Shown in pieces: positions 19,839 through 30,220 of a stretch of DNA of 64,000 bases (the first letter of the stretch is position 1; the number at the start of each line of letters is the position of its first letter). Both the position numbers and the translations under genes were made by a program. Source of the stretch: an uncultured Gemmatimonadaceae bacterium (lineage in GTDB: Bacteria; Gemmatimonadota; Gemmatimonadetes; Gemmatimonadales; Gemmatimonadaceae). The notes under the pieces were generated by a model that saw nothing but the letters and a program-made list of their open reading frames with translations, had not been told where the DNA came from and searched no databases. Location of the stretch: contig CAVUDW010000002.1 of assembly GCA_963740355.1 (NCBI GenBank), positions 800,001 to 864,000 on the forward strand, written 5' to 3'.

Positions 19839-19873
19839 AAGGGCCAGCTCCGAATGAGGAGCTGGCCCTTTTT
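19839..19873 (+). terminator. Rho-independent terminator after lemA
   Basis: AAGGGCCAGCTCC-gaatga-GGAGCTGGCCCTT followed by TTT. Confidence 0.85.
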
Positions 19874-19914
19874 GTCATGTGGTGGAACGCCGAGATCGAC
19901 GTGATGCGTCGCAA

Positions 19915-20610
19915 TCAGTTCGGCGTGATGATGACCGAGTCGATGGTGGCACGCAGCGCGGTAATCGTGCTTGGCCACGGCACCTGACGCTTGTTGACGA
20001 CGATGTGTGGAAGCGCCCCGACGCGATTGGTATCGGCCCAGTCGATGTCCATACGGATCTGTCGCAGCATGCGCATGCTCGAGACACAGTTGCGATACTT
20101 GTAGTCCACCATGCCAGGCAGGCTCACCAGCGACTCCGCGAGGGCAGCGGTATCCTTGGCGGCGGCCCATTGATCCTGCGTCGAAAACAGGCGCGTACTC
20201 GCCTCCCAGAACTGCCCTTGGGAGCTGGCGCACATGGCAGCGTTGGCCGCGCGCACCGCCGCGGGATGTTTACGCAGTGGGTAGTGCACCCAGATCAATC
20301 GGGCGCGGCCTGTCTCGACGTATTCGCTGCGGATGACCGGCAGCACCTTCTCGAACCAGGTGCGGCACTCGGCGCACTGGTAGTCGCTCACCACGAGGAT
20401 GCTGACGGTGGGATTGCTCCCCAGCACTCGACCGGCATTGCCAGCCTTCACGATCACGTCTGGCGTCGTCGCCTTGCGGTCCTCGGGAATTCGCCTGACA
20501 TCGGTGGAGGGGACATCAGCGGCAGCGCTGCGCTGGCATGCGGCGGCGAGGAACGGGAGTACCATCATGGCAAGCCGCAATCGTCGGCGGCCGAAGCGGG
20601 TGCTGAACAT
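19915..20610 (-). CDS. DsbA-like thioredoxin-fold lipoprotein
   Basis: AAAC lipobox; SDYQCAEC; A..AANAAMCA..QG.FW segment shared with the 16079 paralog; start uncertain. Confidence 0.8.
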   Translation of the reverse strand: MFSTRFGRRRLRLAMMVLPFLAAACQRSAAADVPSTDVRRIPEDRKATTPDVIVKAGNAGRVLGSNPTVSILVVSDYQCAECRTWFEKVLPVIRSEYVETGRARLIWVHYPLRKHPAAVRAANAAMCASSQGQFWEASTRLFSTQDQWAAAKDTAALAESLVSLPGMVDYKYRNCVSSMRMLRQIRMDIDWADTNRVGALPHIVVNKRQVPWPSTITALRATIDSVIITPN

Positions 20611-20721
20611 GCCGAAGTGTAGTCGCCCTATCCTCGCCCGACCAACATCCATATCCTAGATATCGGAATGGATCATTTGACCACGTGTCATGACACTGCA
20701 GCACCGTCTGGAGCCTATTCG

Positions 20722-22194
20722 ATGACTGCCATGCGCCCAGGACCCGTCCGTCGAGTCGCGATCGCAGTGTTCGTGACGGCGATCGGCACGCTGACTGGCT
20801 GCAGGCGGGAGCGTCCAGCAGCGGATCCGCAATTCGTCGCCCAGTGGATGCGCACATCGCTGGCATTCGTGCGCAGCGAGCGGCTTGGCCCGCCAGTGGC
20901 ATCACGGATTTCGGCGTACGCATCGTTGGCCTTGTATGAAGGCTACGCGTCGGACTCGCGCTTCACGCTTCGCTCCCTCGGTGGCCAGTTGAATGGACTC
21001 TCTGCGCTGCCGGCAGCCCCAGACGGTGCACCGCTCGATGGCCCGGTAGTGGCGGCGATCGCCGAGCGAGTGGTGCTCGACTCGCTGTTTCGCGATGGCA
21101 TGCCGGGCACGAGGCGGACGATCGATTCGCTGGCCGCGGCGCAACTTGCAGCGCGGTCGGTTGCTGGGGTGACGGCGAACGATAGCGCACGCGCAGTTGC
21201 ACATGGCCGCGCGATCGGGAACGCAATCCTGGCGTGGGCGGCGACCGACAGCTTTTACGCGACGCGTGGTCGTGCGTGGGCGCCGTCGGGGAAGCGTGAG
21301 CAGTGGCAGAACACCGCCAACGTCGCCCAGTTCGTGCCCCAGACGCTTTCAGGCCAGTCGGACCTGGTGCAACTGGCGAACCCGAATGTGCATGTCGACG
21401 TCGAGACGGCAACCGCGAAGGGGACGTTCACCAACCGGCCGCGCGTTGACGGGCCGACCACGCTGCCGGCGTTCAACCCGATGAAGCCGACGGAGCCGTA
21501 CTGGGGCAAGTTGCGCCCCTTCGTGCTCAGTAGCGGCGATGAATGTGCGCCACCACCGCCGCCGCCGTATTCGGAAGCACCCGGCTCGGCATTCTATGCG
21601 ATGGGCAAGCAGTTTCACGACACACTGACAGCACTCACGCCGGAACAGAAGCAGATCGCGCTGTTCTGGGCCGACAACCCAGTCGCGACGGGCACTCCGG
21701 GTTTTCACTGGATCAGTGTGGCGAGCCTGATGGTGGCGCGGCGGAAGCTGAGCGCCGATGCCGCCGCCGAGTTGTACGCACTGACCTCGATCGCGATCGC
21801 CGATGCGTTCATCGGTTGCTGGCAGGAGAAGTATCGCTCCAACGTGGTGCGCCCGGTGGCGTGGGTACAGCGTGTGCTCGATCCGAAGTTCCAGACCGTG
21901 ATTCCCACGCCGCCATTCCCCGAATACACCTCGGGGCATTCGGTGCAGTCGGGCGCTGCCGTGGATGTGTTGATCTCGCTGCTTGGTGACAGCATTCCGT
22001 ACATCGATTCGACGCAGGTCGACATTGGCCAACCCGCGCGACCGTTCGCGTCGTTCAGCAAGGCGCGCGACGAAGTCGCGATTTCGCGCGTCTATGCCGG
22101 CGTCCATTACTTCCCGGCCGTGTTCGATGGCATGGCGCAGGGGCAGTGCATTGGTCGCAAGGTCAGTGCGCTTCACACGCGTCGAGACAGGTGA
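20722..22194 (+). CDS. Vanadium-dependent haloperoxidase (PAP2 superfamily) lipoprotein
   Basis: LTGC lipobox; vanadate-binding motifs WQEKY...VRP, TPPFPEYTSGHS, SRVYAGVHY. Confidence 0.85.
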   Translation: MTAMRPGPVRRVAIAVFVTAIGTLTGCRRERPAADPQFVAQWMRTSLAFVRSERLGPPVASRISAYASLALYEGYASDSRFTLRSLGGQLNGLSALPAAPDGAPLDGPVVAAIAERVVLDSLFRDGMPGTRRTIDSLAAAQLAARSVAGVTANDSARAVAHGRAIGNAILAWAATDSFYATRGRAWAPSGKREQWQNTANVAQFVPQTLSGQSDLVQLANPNVHVDVETATAKGTFTNRPRVDGPTTLPAFNPMKPTEPYWGKLRPFVLSSGDECAPPPPPPYSEAPGSAFYAMGKQFHDTLTALTPEQKQIALFWADNPVATGTPGFHWISVASLMVARRKLSADAAAELYALTSIAIADAFIGCWQEKYRSNVVRPVAWVQRVLDPKFQTVIPTPPFPEYTSGHSVQSGAAVDVLISLLGDSIPYIDSTQVDIGQPARPFASFSKARDEVAISRVYAGVHYFPAVFDGMAQGQCIGRKVSALHTRRDR

Positions 22195-22224
22195 TGCGCG
22201 CTGCCGACGTGGCGCCGTCGCGTA

Positions 22225-25200
22225 GTGTCGGTGACCGGTGCCACAGTCGCGGTGGCACTGGTTGCATGCTCGAAGGCACCGCCGGTGGACACGAGTTGGC
22301 ACCAGGAGTCGGGCTACCGGTGGCGCGCGCTCGCGGTTCCTTTGAAGGGCAAGGCCGGTTTCGAGTTGCTGACGTCATCGCGAACAGGCCTGTTGCACCG
22401 CAACGACATCGATGACACGCGCGCCCTCGACAATCGTGGGCTGCTGGACGGCGCCGGCGTGGCGATCGGTGACGTCGATGGTGACGGCCGTCCGGACATC
22501 GTGCTGGCATCGGAGGAAGTGCCGGCTGCGTTGTATCACAATGACGGCGAGTTCCGCTTCAGCGACGTGACGAAAGCGAGTGGGCTCGACTTCACGGGCC
22601 TGCAGACGACTAGCGTGGTACTGGTCGACGTCGATGGCGACCGGGATCTCGATCTGGTGGTGGGAACGTTCGGTGGGCCGGTGGTGCTGTTTTCGAACGA
22701 CGGCAAGGGGCATTTCACGAATGCCACTGCGGGCAGTGGGCTCGCCGGTGGCTACAACGCCACCACGATGACGCTGGCCGATGTCGACGGCAATGGATCG
22801 CTCGATCTCTACGTGGCCACGTACAAGACACGCAATGCGCTCGATGCCTACACACCGCAGCAGCGGGCGTTCGACCAGGTGTTGAAGAAGGTCGGCGATT
22901 CCGTCGTGGTGGTGGACGAGTGGAAGAAGGAGTTTCGCGTCGAGGCGAGGCCGGACCTGGGCGGGTTCATGCGCTCGCAGCGCGCCGAGCCTGACCTGTT
23001 CTTCCTCAATGACGGCAAGGGGCACTTTACGCGCACGCCGGTGCTCGGCCCGCGATTCCGCGATGAACGTGGTGCGCCGCTGACGGTCGATCCTGACTAC
23101 TTCGGGCTCGCCGCACGCTTCTACGATGTGAATGGCGACGGTGCGCCGGATCTCTACGTCTGCAATGACCTCGAAGACCCGGACCTGTTCTTCCTCAACG
23201 ATGGCACGGGTGGGTTTCAACTCGCACCGGAGCGTGCGTTGCGGGTGACAAGCAACACCTGCATGTCGGTCGACTTCGGCGATGTGAATCGGGACGGGCA
23301 CACCGACATCTTCACCACCGACATGCTGGCGCCCACGCTGGCGGCGCAGCAGCGCAGCATCCCCACACATACACCGCTGCAGAAGCCGGTGGGACTGTCG
23401 CCGGAGCGCACGCAATGGATGCGCAACATGCTGCAGCTGTCGCGGGGTGATGGGACGTGGGCGCAGGTCGGCGACTTTGCTGGCGTGACGGCGACCGACT
23501 GGACGTGGGGATCGGCGTTCCTCGATGTCGACCTCGATGGGTACGAGGATCTGCTGGCCGCGAATGGACATCGCTACGACCTGCGCGAGGCCGATCCCTA
23601 CGATCGGATTCGCAACAGCTTTCCCCGTGTGCCGTGGAATCGGGAGTCGAAGGAGTTTCCGCGTCTCGAGACGCGCAGTGTGGCCTTCCGGAACGGCCAC
23701 GACCTCGCGTTCACCGACGAGAGTGCCGCGTGGGGCTTCGGCGTCGACAAGGCTATCTCGCAGGGCATCGCGCTGGGCGACCTTGATGGGGATGGAGCAC
23801 TGGATGTGGTCGTGACGCGACTGGACGCGCCGTCGGTCGTGTATCGCAATACCTCCGCCGCGCCGCGTATCAGTGTGCGACTCAGAGGCAGTGGTGCGAA
23901 CACGCAGGGGATTGGTGCCGTGATCACGGTGCGTTCGCCGGCGCTGCCGGTGCAGTCCCGCGAAGTGACCTCGGGCGGCTACTACCTCTCGGGGAGTGAT
24001 GCACAGCTGACCTTTGCCGCACATCCTGATAGCGCCAGCCAGATCACGGTGCGCTGGCGGAGCGGCCGTGTGAGCACGATTGCACTTGCGGCGAGCAATC
24101 GACTGTACGAGATCGATGAAGCAGGTGCGGTCGAGGGTACACCAGCGAGAGACTCGAGTGCAAAGCGCCCAGCGCTCTTCGCCGATGCAACACCACTGTT
24201 GGCCGGCGCAACGCATGTGGATTCGTTGTACGCCGACTTCCGCCGCCAGCCGTTGTTGCCGAATCGCTTCAGTCAGCTGGGCCCAGGGGTCAGCTGGATC
24301 GACGTTGATGGCGATGGCCGCGACGACCTGGTCTTCGGCACTGGCCGTGGCGGTGCGTTGCATATTCTGCGTAACGCTGGCGGCCGTTTCGTACCGCTCG
24401 ACGTGGGGAAGGGCACGTCGGCGTACGATCTCACGACCGTGCTGCCAGCCTTCGGTGGAACCGGTGGGGTGTCCCTGCTAGTGGGGCAGTCGAGTTACGA
24501 GGCATCGGACAGCATCGTGCCTTCGACGGTGCCGTCGGTACTGGCGATCGGCGTTGGTGCGCGTACCGCGTTGCCTGCGGTGGCAGTCGCGGGGGACACG
24601 GCGAGTGTGGGGCCGATGGCGATGGCGGATGTGAATGGCGATGGGATGCTCGACTTGTTCGTCGGCGCGCGTGTGATTCCGGGCGCATGGCCCTTGCCGG
24701 CGCGCTCACGATTGCTGCTCGGCTCAGCCAGCGGCGCGTTCGTCGAGGATGTGGCCAATCGCGGCGCGATGTCGAGCCTCGGCCTCGTGTCGGGCGCGAC
24801 CTTCGCTGATCTCGACGGCGATGGACGCCCTGAGCTGATCGTGGCCACCGAATTCGGTCCGGTCCGTGTCCTGCACAACGACCGCGGGACACTGCGCGAC
24901 CAGACGAAATCACTCGGCTTCGGTGATCGATCGAGCCGCTGGAATGGTGTGACCACCGGTGACTTCGATGGGGATGGGCGTCTGGATATCGTCGCCACCA
25001 GCTGGGGGCGCAACGTGCCCTGGCAGACCTCTGCGCAGCGCCCCTACGAGTTGCTGGTGGCGCGCGTGGATGGTGACCGGCTCGGGCTGCTCTTTGCGCG
25101 CCGCGATTCGCTCACGTCGCGGGAGATGCCACTGGATGGTTTCGCGCGTATCGGTGCCGCGATTCCATCGGTGAAGGAACGGTTCGCGACGTTCGACGCC

Positions 25201-25926
25201 TTTGCCCGCGCCGATGCCGACGCGGTGCTGGGTGAGTCGGCCGCGAAGGCGGTGCGTGTCGGCGCAACGACGTTCGATCATACGATCTTCCTCAATCGCG
25301 GCGATCACTTCGAAGCGCATGCGTTGCCGACTGCCGCGCAGCTTGCGCCGGCGTTTGGTGTCGTGGTCGCTGACTTCGATGGCGACGGGCGCGAGGACCT
25401 GTTCCTGGCGCAGAACTTCTTCCCCACCGAGATCAACGCGATGCGTTTCGATGCCGGGGCGGGGTTATTGCTGCGCGGCGATGGCAAGGGCGGTTTTGAG
25501 CCACAGCCCATCCCCTCGAGCGGGATCGCAGTGCTCGGTGACCAGCGCGGTGCGGCAGCCGCCGACTATGACGGTGATGGTCGAGTCGATCTGGCGGTCT
25601 CGCAGAACGGTGCGCCGATGACGCTGTGGCACAACGTGGGCGGTTCCCCCGGCGTGCGCGTCCGGTTGCAGGGGCCGGCGAGCAATCCGCTTGGCATCGG
25701 CGTTCGGTTGCAGATCGTCAGCGGGGCAACGCGCGGACCGCTGCGCGAGGTGCATGCGGGCAGCGGCTACTGGTCGATGGATGCTGCGACGCAGGTGCTG
25801 GCGGTGCCGGCTGGAGCGACGGAAGTGCTGGTACGCTGGCCATCGGGTACCGAACAGCGTGTGCCGGTCACCGTTGGGCAGCGTGTCGTGACGGTGGTGT
25901 TTCCGACGCCCGCTGCGCCTCGCTGA
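22225..25926 (+). CDS. FG-GAP/VCBS repeat protein with ASPIC/UnbV domains (CRTAC1-like), lipoprotein
   Basis: Many D.DGDG..D Ca-binding repeats in two blocks, each followed by an N..GIG...GYY/GYWS ASPIC-UnbV-type segment; LVAC lipobox; true start probably upstream (see findings). Confidence 0.88.
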   Translation: MSVTGATVAVALVACSKAPPVDTSWHQESGYRWRALAVPLKGKAGFELLTSSRTGLLHRNDIDDTRALDNRGLLDGAGVAIGDVDGDGRPDIVLASEEVPAALYHNDGEFRFSDVTKASGLDFTGLQTTSVVLVDVDGDRDLDLVVGTFGGPVVLFSNDGKGHFTNATAGSGLAGGYNATTMTLADVDGNGSLDLYVATYKTRNALDAYTPQQRAFDQVLKKVGDSVVVVDEWKKEFRVEARPDLGGFMRSQRAEPDLFFLNDGKGHFTRTPVLGPRFRDERGAPLTVDPDYFGLAARFYDVNGDGAPDLYVCNDLEDPDLFFLNDGTGGFQLAPERALRVTSNTCMSVDFGDVNRDGHTDIFTTDMLAPTLAAQQRSIPTHTPLQKPVGLSPERTQWMRNMLQLSRGDGTWAQVGDFAGVTATDWTWGSAFLDVDLDGYEDLLAANGHRYDLREADPYDRIRNSFPRVPWNRESKEFPRLETRSVAFRNGHDLAFTDESAAWGFGVDKAISQGIALGDLDGDGALDVVVTRLDAPSVVYRNTSAAPRISVRLRGSGANTQGIGAVITVRSPALPVQSREVTSGGYYLSGSDAQLTFAAHPDSASQITVRWRSGRVSTIALAASNRLYEIDEAGAVEGTPARDSSAKRPALFADATPLLAGATHVDSLYADFRRQPLLPNRFSQLGPGVSWIDVDGDGRDDLVFGTGRGGALHILRNAGGRFVPLDVGKGTSAYDLTTVLPAFGGTGGVSLLVGQSSYEASDSIVPSTVPSVLAIGVGARTALPAVAVAGDTASVGPMAMADVNGDGMLDLFVGARVIPGAWPLPARSRLLLGSASGAFVEDVANRGAMSSLGLVSGATFADLDGDGRPELIVATEFGPVRVLHNDRGTLRDQTKSLGFGDRSSRWNGVTTGDFDGDGRLDIVATSWGRNVPWQTSAQRPYELLVARVDGDRLGLLFARRDSLTSREMPLDGFARIGAAIPSVKERFATFDAFARADADAVLGESAAKAVRVGATTFDHTIFLNRGDHFEAHALPTAAQLAPAFGVVVADFDGDGREDLFLAQNFFPTEINAMRFDAGAGLLLRGDGKGGFEPQPIPSSGIAVLGDQRGAAAADYDGDGRVDLAVSQNGAPMTLWHNVGGSPGVRVRLQGPASNPLGIGVRLQIVSGATRGPLREVHAGSGYWSMDAATQVLAVPAGATEVLVRWPSGTEQRVPVTVGQRVVTVVFPTPAAPR

Positions 25927-25949
25927 GCGCGCGGGCTGGAGGCAGTGCG

Positions 25950-26753
25950 TTACGGCTGCTTCTTGCGCCGTGCGGGTCCGGATTTCGTCCAGATGACGAT
26001 CACACCGCAACCCGCATTGCGTCCCGCGTATTCGCCGGGCACGTCGGCGGGGCCAGTGTAAACCTCTAGCCCCTCGATGTCGCGCACAGGCATCGTCGGG
26101 CCAAACATGTTGTCGACGTTGTCGTCCACGATGTACTCGGGGGTGCAGCGCATCGGCGCCCTGACCATTCTGATCACGCAGCCCCCCTGCGCACCGCCGC
26201 CGCACTCGACGTTCACGCCGCGAAGCGAACGGGCGACATCCTGCAGGTTGGAGAACTGCCTCTGTTCGATCTGTTCGCGCGTCACGTATTGACCCGCGCC
26301 AGTCTTTCGGCGCCGTTCGAAGTTGGCGAATCGCGGGCCAAGGCTGCGCTCGCCTTCCACCGTCACCGGCGCGAGCATCTGCCCGCGTGAGGCCGATTCC
26401 GTTGGCGGGGGTGCTGGGCGGCTCGCAACAGGTGTCGAATCCAGTTCCACTCGGCTGTCGAGACTCTCACCGGGCGACAGAGCGACGACCAGTGCACCGG
26501 CCGGGAATCCGTCGGCGCGGATCAGGAATCGAGCGATTCCCATTGGGAGCTTGTCGAATCGGAACAGGCCCGTGGAGTCGGTCTTCTTCGCGCTGCCATC
26601 GCCGAGAAAAACGACAGTGGCGTTGGCGACCGGGGCACCGCTACTGCGATCGACGACCGAGCCGTTGACGCGCGCGTTCTTCGTCTGCGCACCTGCTGAG
26701 CGCGAGGCGCAGAGGGCAACCAGCAGCAGGAAGCCGACACGGAACCGACGCAT
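25950..26753 (-). CDS. Barrel-less plug-domain protein with one carboxypeptidase-regulatory-like domain
   Basis: Signal peptide; TDSTGLFRF; NFERRRKTGAG, CTPEYIVDD, LEVY, CGVIVIWTK. Confidence 0.8.
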   Translation of the reverse strand: MRRFRVGFLLLVALCASRSAGAQTKNARVNGSVVDRSSGAPVANATVVFLGDGSAKKTDSTGLFRFDKLPMGIARFLIRADGFPAGALVVALSPGESLDSRVELDSTPVASRPAPPPTESASRGQMLAPVTVEGERSLGPRFANFERRRKTGAGQYVTREQIEQRQFSNLQDVARSLRGVNVECGGGAQGGCVIRMVRAPMRCTPEYIVDDNVDNMFGPTMPVRDIEGLEVYTGPADVPGEYAGRNAGCGVIVIWTKSGPARRKKQP

Positions 26754-26817
26754 AGATCACCAACGTGGGTGATGGCATCAGCGAGGTCAAGCGGGCGGGG
26801 CCGTGGAATATTTGCGA

Positions 26818-26837
26818 TGTGATAATGACATATCACA
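26818..26837. promoter_or_regulatory. Palindromic operator-like site in divergent promoter region
   Basis: TGTGAT-aatgacat-ATCACA, AT-rich in a GC-rich background; contains TGATAATGA (Fur-box-like half). Confidence 0.35.
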
Positions 26838-27098
26838 CCACGCCGCGACCATTGCCAGCACGGCAGTTTGCGTTGATACTGTCACAAAGCGATGTCCGGC
26901 TGACGACGGTCGGACCGCAGGACAACCGAAAGCCACCGCACGCGACATGCTAGCGATTCTCTCCCTGACTTACGGCGTCGGGGATTGTTTCGTTGCAGGT
27001 CGCCTTGGTGCCTTTCGGAGATCGTCTGCTGTGTTCCATGCGTGAGACACAGCAAACGCGGTTGCAGTTTCCTCTCCTCCACCCCAAGAGGTTACACC

Positions 27099-30000
27099 AT
27101 GGCCGGTGTCTTGTTCAGAAGGTCGCTACGCCTTGCCGCAGCGATCGCGGCAATGGCCGCTAGCGCGCAAGCGGCCGAAGCCCAGACCGCTGTGTTCAGC
27201 GGTAAGGTCTCGTCCGCTGGCAATCCGCTCGGCGGCGCCAGTGTCGGCATTCCGGAAATCGGCGCCGGCACGATTACTACGTCGGACGGACGGTATAGTT
27301 TCACCGTCGACGTCTCGAAGTACGGTTCACGCGCGGTGAACCTCGTGGTGCGTTTCATCGGCTACAAGCCGAAGCGTCTGCCGATCACGCTCGCCGCTGG
27401 CCGCATCGAGAAGGACTACGATCTCGAGCGCGACATCCTGAACCTCGACCAGGTCGTGGTCACGGGTGTGAACGAAGCCACGTCGCAGAAGAAGACAGCC
27501 TTCGCGGTGGCCGTCGTCGATCAGACGCAGATCAAGGAAGTGCCGGCCATTTCGCCGGTGGGCAGCCTTGCCGGTCGCGTGGCCGGTGCCAGCGTCACCG
27601 CAGTGTCCGGCTCGCCGGGTGCAGAACCGGCCATTCGTCTCCGCTCGGCGACGTCGATCAGCGGCAGTCAGTCGCCGCTCGTGATCGTGGACGGTACGAT
27701 CACCCGCCTCGGCCTCGCCGATATCAACTCGCAGGACATCGAGCGGGTTGAAGTCATCAAGGGTGCCGCCGCCAGCTCGCTCTACGGTTCCGATGCCGCC
27801 AACGGCGTCATCCAGATCTTCACCAAGCGCGGCGCGAACCTCGCGGAAGGCGCGGTGAACTTCACGTTCCGTAACGAGTACGGCCAGAGCTACCTGCCGA
27901 AGAAGGTCGGCCTCAACACCTCGACCGCCTTCCAGCTCGACCCGACCAACACGACGCCGGGCCTGAACTACGGCTTCAAGCTCGACGGCAACGGCAACCG
28001 CATCTCGGAAGCGGACGATATCTCGGACAACACGTACCCGCGGATCTTCGATGCGCTGGGTGCGACGTTCAAGCCGGGCGCGACGATGAGCAACTACATC
28101 TCCATCGGCCAGCGCAAGGGAGCGACGAACTTCAACGCGTCGATCCAGAACATCCAGGAAACCGGTGTGCTGACGCTCCTCAAGGGCTACAGCCGCCAGA
28201 ATTTCCGCATCAACGTCGACCAGGCGATCACGGACAAGCTGAACCTGTCCACCGGCATGTTCTACGGTCGGTCGAGCGCGGACCAGACGAACGAAGGCTC
28301 GCTGTTCTTCGGCATCCGCTTCATCGAACCGAACGTCGACATCACCGCGCCGAACCCGGACGGTTCGCCGTACATCGCGAACATTCGCAACCCCCCCTCG
28401 TCGGGCAACCTTCAGAACCCGTTGTACCGCCTGGCGAACGAGCGTGTCTCGAATGATCGCAACCGCTTCACCGGCAACATCAAGCTGAATTACCGCCCGC
28501 TGACCTGGCTCACGGCTGAAGGCAACTTCAACTACGACCAGTCGACGGTGAACTTCAAGGACTTCACGCCGATCGGCTTCCAGAACTCGCTTGGTAGCGG
28601 TGGCACGGGTTCGCTCTTCCAGCAGTACACCTCGGGTCGCGCCTTCAACACGGGCGGCACGCTCACGGCGACGCACACCTTCGGCACCTGGCTCACGAAC
28701 ACGACCAAGGTGGCGGCGGTGTTCGAAGACCAGGAGAACAACCTGCTCAGCGCACGTGCAAACAAGCTGACGGTGGGCGCAGTTCCTGAGTTCAGCGCAT
28801 CGGCAACGGACCCGATTCCGCAGCCGGGTTCGCAGTCGATCACGATTCGTAACCGCAACTACTTCGCGATCACGACGTTCGACATCAAGGACCGCTACAT
28901 CATCGACGGCCTGGTGCGTCAGGACCAGTCGTCCCTGTTCGGTTCCGAACAGCGTTCTGCGATCTACTCACGCGCCTCGGCTGCCTACCGCTTCTCCGAG
29001 GACTTCAAGATCCCCGGCGTCGACGAAGGCAAGATCCGCGTGTCGTACGGCACCGCCGGCCTGCGCCCGCAGTTCGATGCGCAGTACGAGACGTTTGCAA
29101 TCGTCGGTGGCAGCCCGACCAAGGTCACCCTCGGCAACCCGAACCTGAAGCCGGCCTTCTCGCGTGAGACGGAAGCCGGGTTCAACCTGAACTTCCTCAA
29201 GAACTTCAGCCTCGAGTACAGCTACTCGAAGAAGAAGACCAGCGACCAGATCCTGCTCGTGCCGCTGTCGTCGGCCGCCGGCTTCCGCAATCGTTGGGAA
29301 AATGCCGCCACGCTGGAAGGCAGCACGCACGAAGTCGCATTCGGCGCCGTACTGGCCTCGAGCAAGGATTTCTTCTGGCGCCTGAACATCACCGGTGACC
29401 GCACACGCTCCGAGATCACGGCGTTGGCAGTCCAGCCGTACCTGACGGGCCCGGATGGCAACACGACGATCTTCCGCGTCGCCGCTGGCCAGCAGTTCGG
29501 CATCATCTACGGCGAAGACTGGATCCGCACGCCGGCGCAGTTGGCCACGAACATCACCAATGGTCGCCTGACGGGCACCGCGGCTGATTATCGCCTGAAT
29601 GAACTCGGCTACTACGTCGCCAACAGCGCGTACAACACGCCGGCAGAACGTCCGTTGAAGGACTTCGACGCCAATGGCGTTTCCAAGCGGCCGATCGGCG
29701 ACGTGAACCCCGACTTCACGATGGGCATCAGCAACAGCCTGCAGTGGAAGGGCCTGTCACTGAACAGCGTGTTCACCTGGCAGAAGGGTGGCCAGATCTA
29801 CAACCTGACGCGCCAGTGGCCGTACAACGAATTGCGCGACGTCGACTTCGACCAGCGCAATGCAGCAGTCAAGAAGGCCCAGGGCTTCTTCCAGGCCTTC
29901 TACAACAACATCGATCCGAATACGCACTTCGTCGAAGACGGTGGATTCGTTCGCCTCCGCGAGCTGGCCCTGAACTATCAGGTCCCGAAGAGCGTTGTTC

Positions 30001-30194
30001 GTTCGTTGCACATGGCGGTATTCGAGACGGCTCGCATCGGCATCGTTGGGCGCAACTTGTGGACGAAGACGAAGTACAGCGGCTACGATCCGGACGTCTC
30101 CGGCGGCAACGGCGATCCGTTCGGCTTCCGCGTCGACAACTTCACGTACCCTGCGTACCGCACGTTCACGCTGATGCTCGAACTCGGCTACTAA
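27099..30194 (+). CDS. SusC/RagA-family TonB-dependent outer-membrane transporter
   Basis: Signal peptide; SPLVIVDG..DIERVEVIKGAAASSLYGSDAANGVIQIFTK plug motif; RQDQSSLFG; terminal Tyr. Confidence 0.95.
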   Translation: MAGVLFRRSLRLAAAIAAMAASAQAAEAQTAVFSGKVSSAGNPLGGASVGIPEIGAGTITTSDGRYSFTVDVSKYGSRAVNLVVRFIGYKPKRLPITLAAGRIEKDYDLERDILNLDQVVVTGVNEATSQKKTAFAVAVVDQTQIKEVPAISPVGSLAGRVAGASVTAVSGSPGAEPAIRLRSATSISGSQSPLVIVDGTITRLGLADINSQDIERVEVIKGAAASSLYGSDAANGVIQIFTKRGANLAEGAVNFTFRNEYGQSYLPKKVGLNTSTAFQLDPTNTTPGLNYGFKLDGNGNRISEADDISDNTYPRIFDALGATFKPGATMSNYISIGQRKGATNFNASIQNIQETGVLTLLKGYSRQNFRINVDQAITDKLNLSTGMFYGRSSADQTNEGSLFFGIRFIEPNVDITAPNPDGSPYIANIRNPPSSGNLQNPLYRLANERVSNDRNRFTGNIKLNYRPLTWLTAEGNFNYDQSTVNFKDFTPIGFQNSLGSGGTGSLFQQYTSGRAFNTGGTLTATHTFGTWLTNTTKVAAVFEDQENNLLSARANKLTVGAVPEFSASATDPIPQPGSQSITIRNRNYFAITTFDIKDRYIIDGLVRQDQSSLFGSEQRSAIYSRASAAYRFSEDFKIPGVDEGKIRVSYGTAGLRPQFDAQYETFAIVGGSPTKVTLGNPNLKPAFSRETEAGFNLNFLKNFSLEYSYSKKKTSDQILLVPLSSAAGFRNRWENAATLEGSTHEVAFGAVLASSKDFFWRLNITGDRTRSEITALAVQPYLTGPDGNTTIFRVAAGQQFGIIYGEDWIRTPAQLATNITNGRLTGTAADYRLNELGYYVANSAYNTPAERPLKDFDANGVSKRPIGDVNPDFTMGISNSLQWKGLSLNSVFTWQKGGQIYNLTRQWPYNELRDVDFDQRNAAVKKAQGFFQAFYNNIDPNTHFVEDGGFVRLRELALNYQVPKSVVRSLHMAVFETARIGIVGRNLWTKTKYSGYDPDVSGGNGDPFGFRVDNFTYPAYRTFTLMLELGY

Positions 30195-30220
30195 TCCATA
30201 CTCACACAGGATCTGACTAG

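Noticed and set aside
22375..24363. Long antisense ORFs (also 27327-28676, 44591-45706, 49782-51296, 57615-59318 and others)
   Set aside because: Shadow frames of well-supported genes in high-GC DNA, with no recognisable motifs.
26880..27098. Riboswitch (c-di-GMP, cobalamin or TPP) ahead of the second susC
   Set aside because: No convincing conserved aptamer motifs by eye; an Rfam scan would be needed to exclude it.
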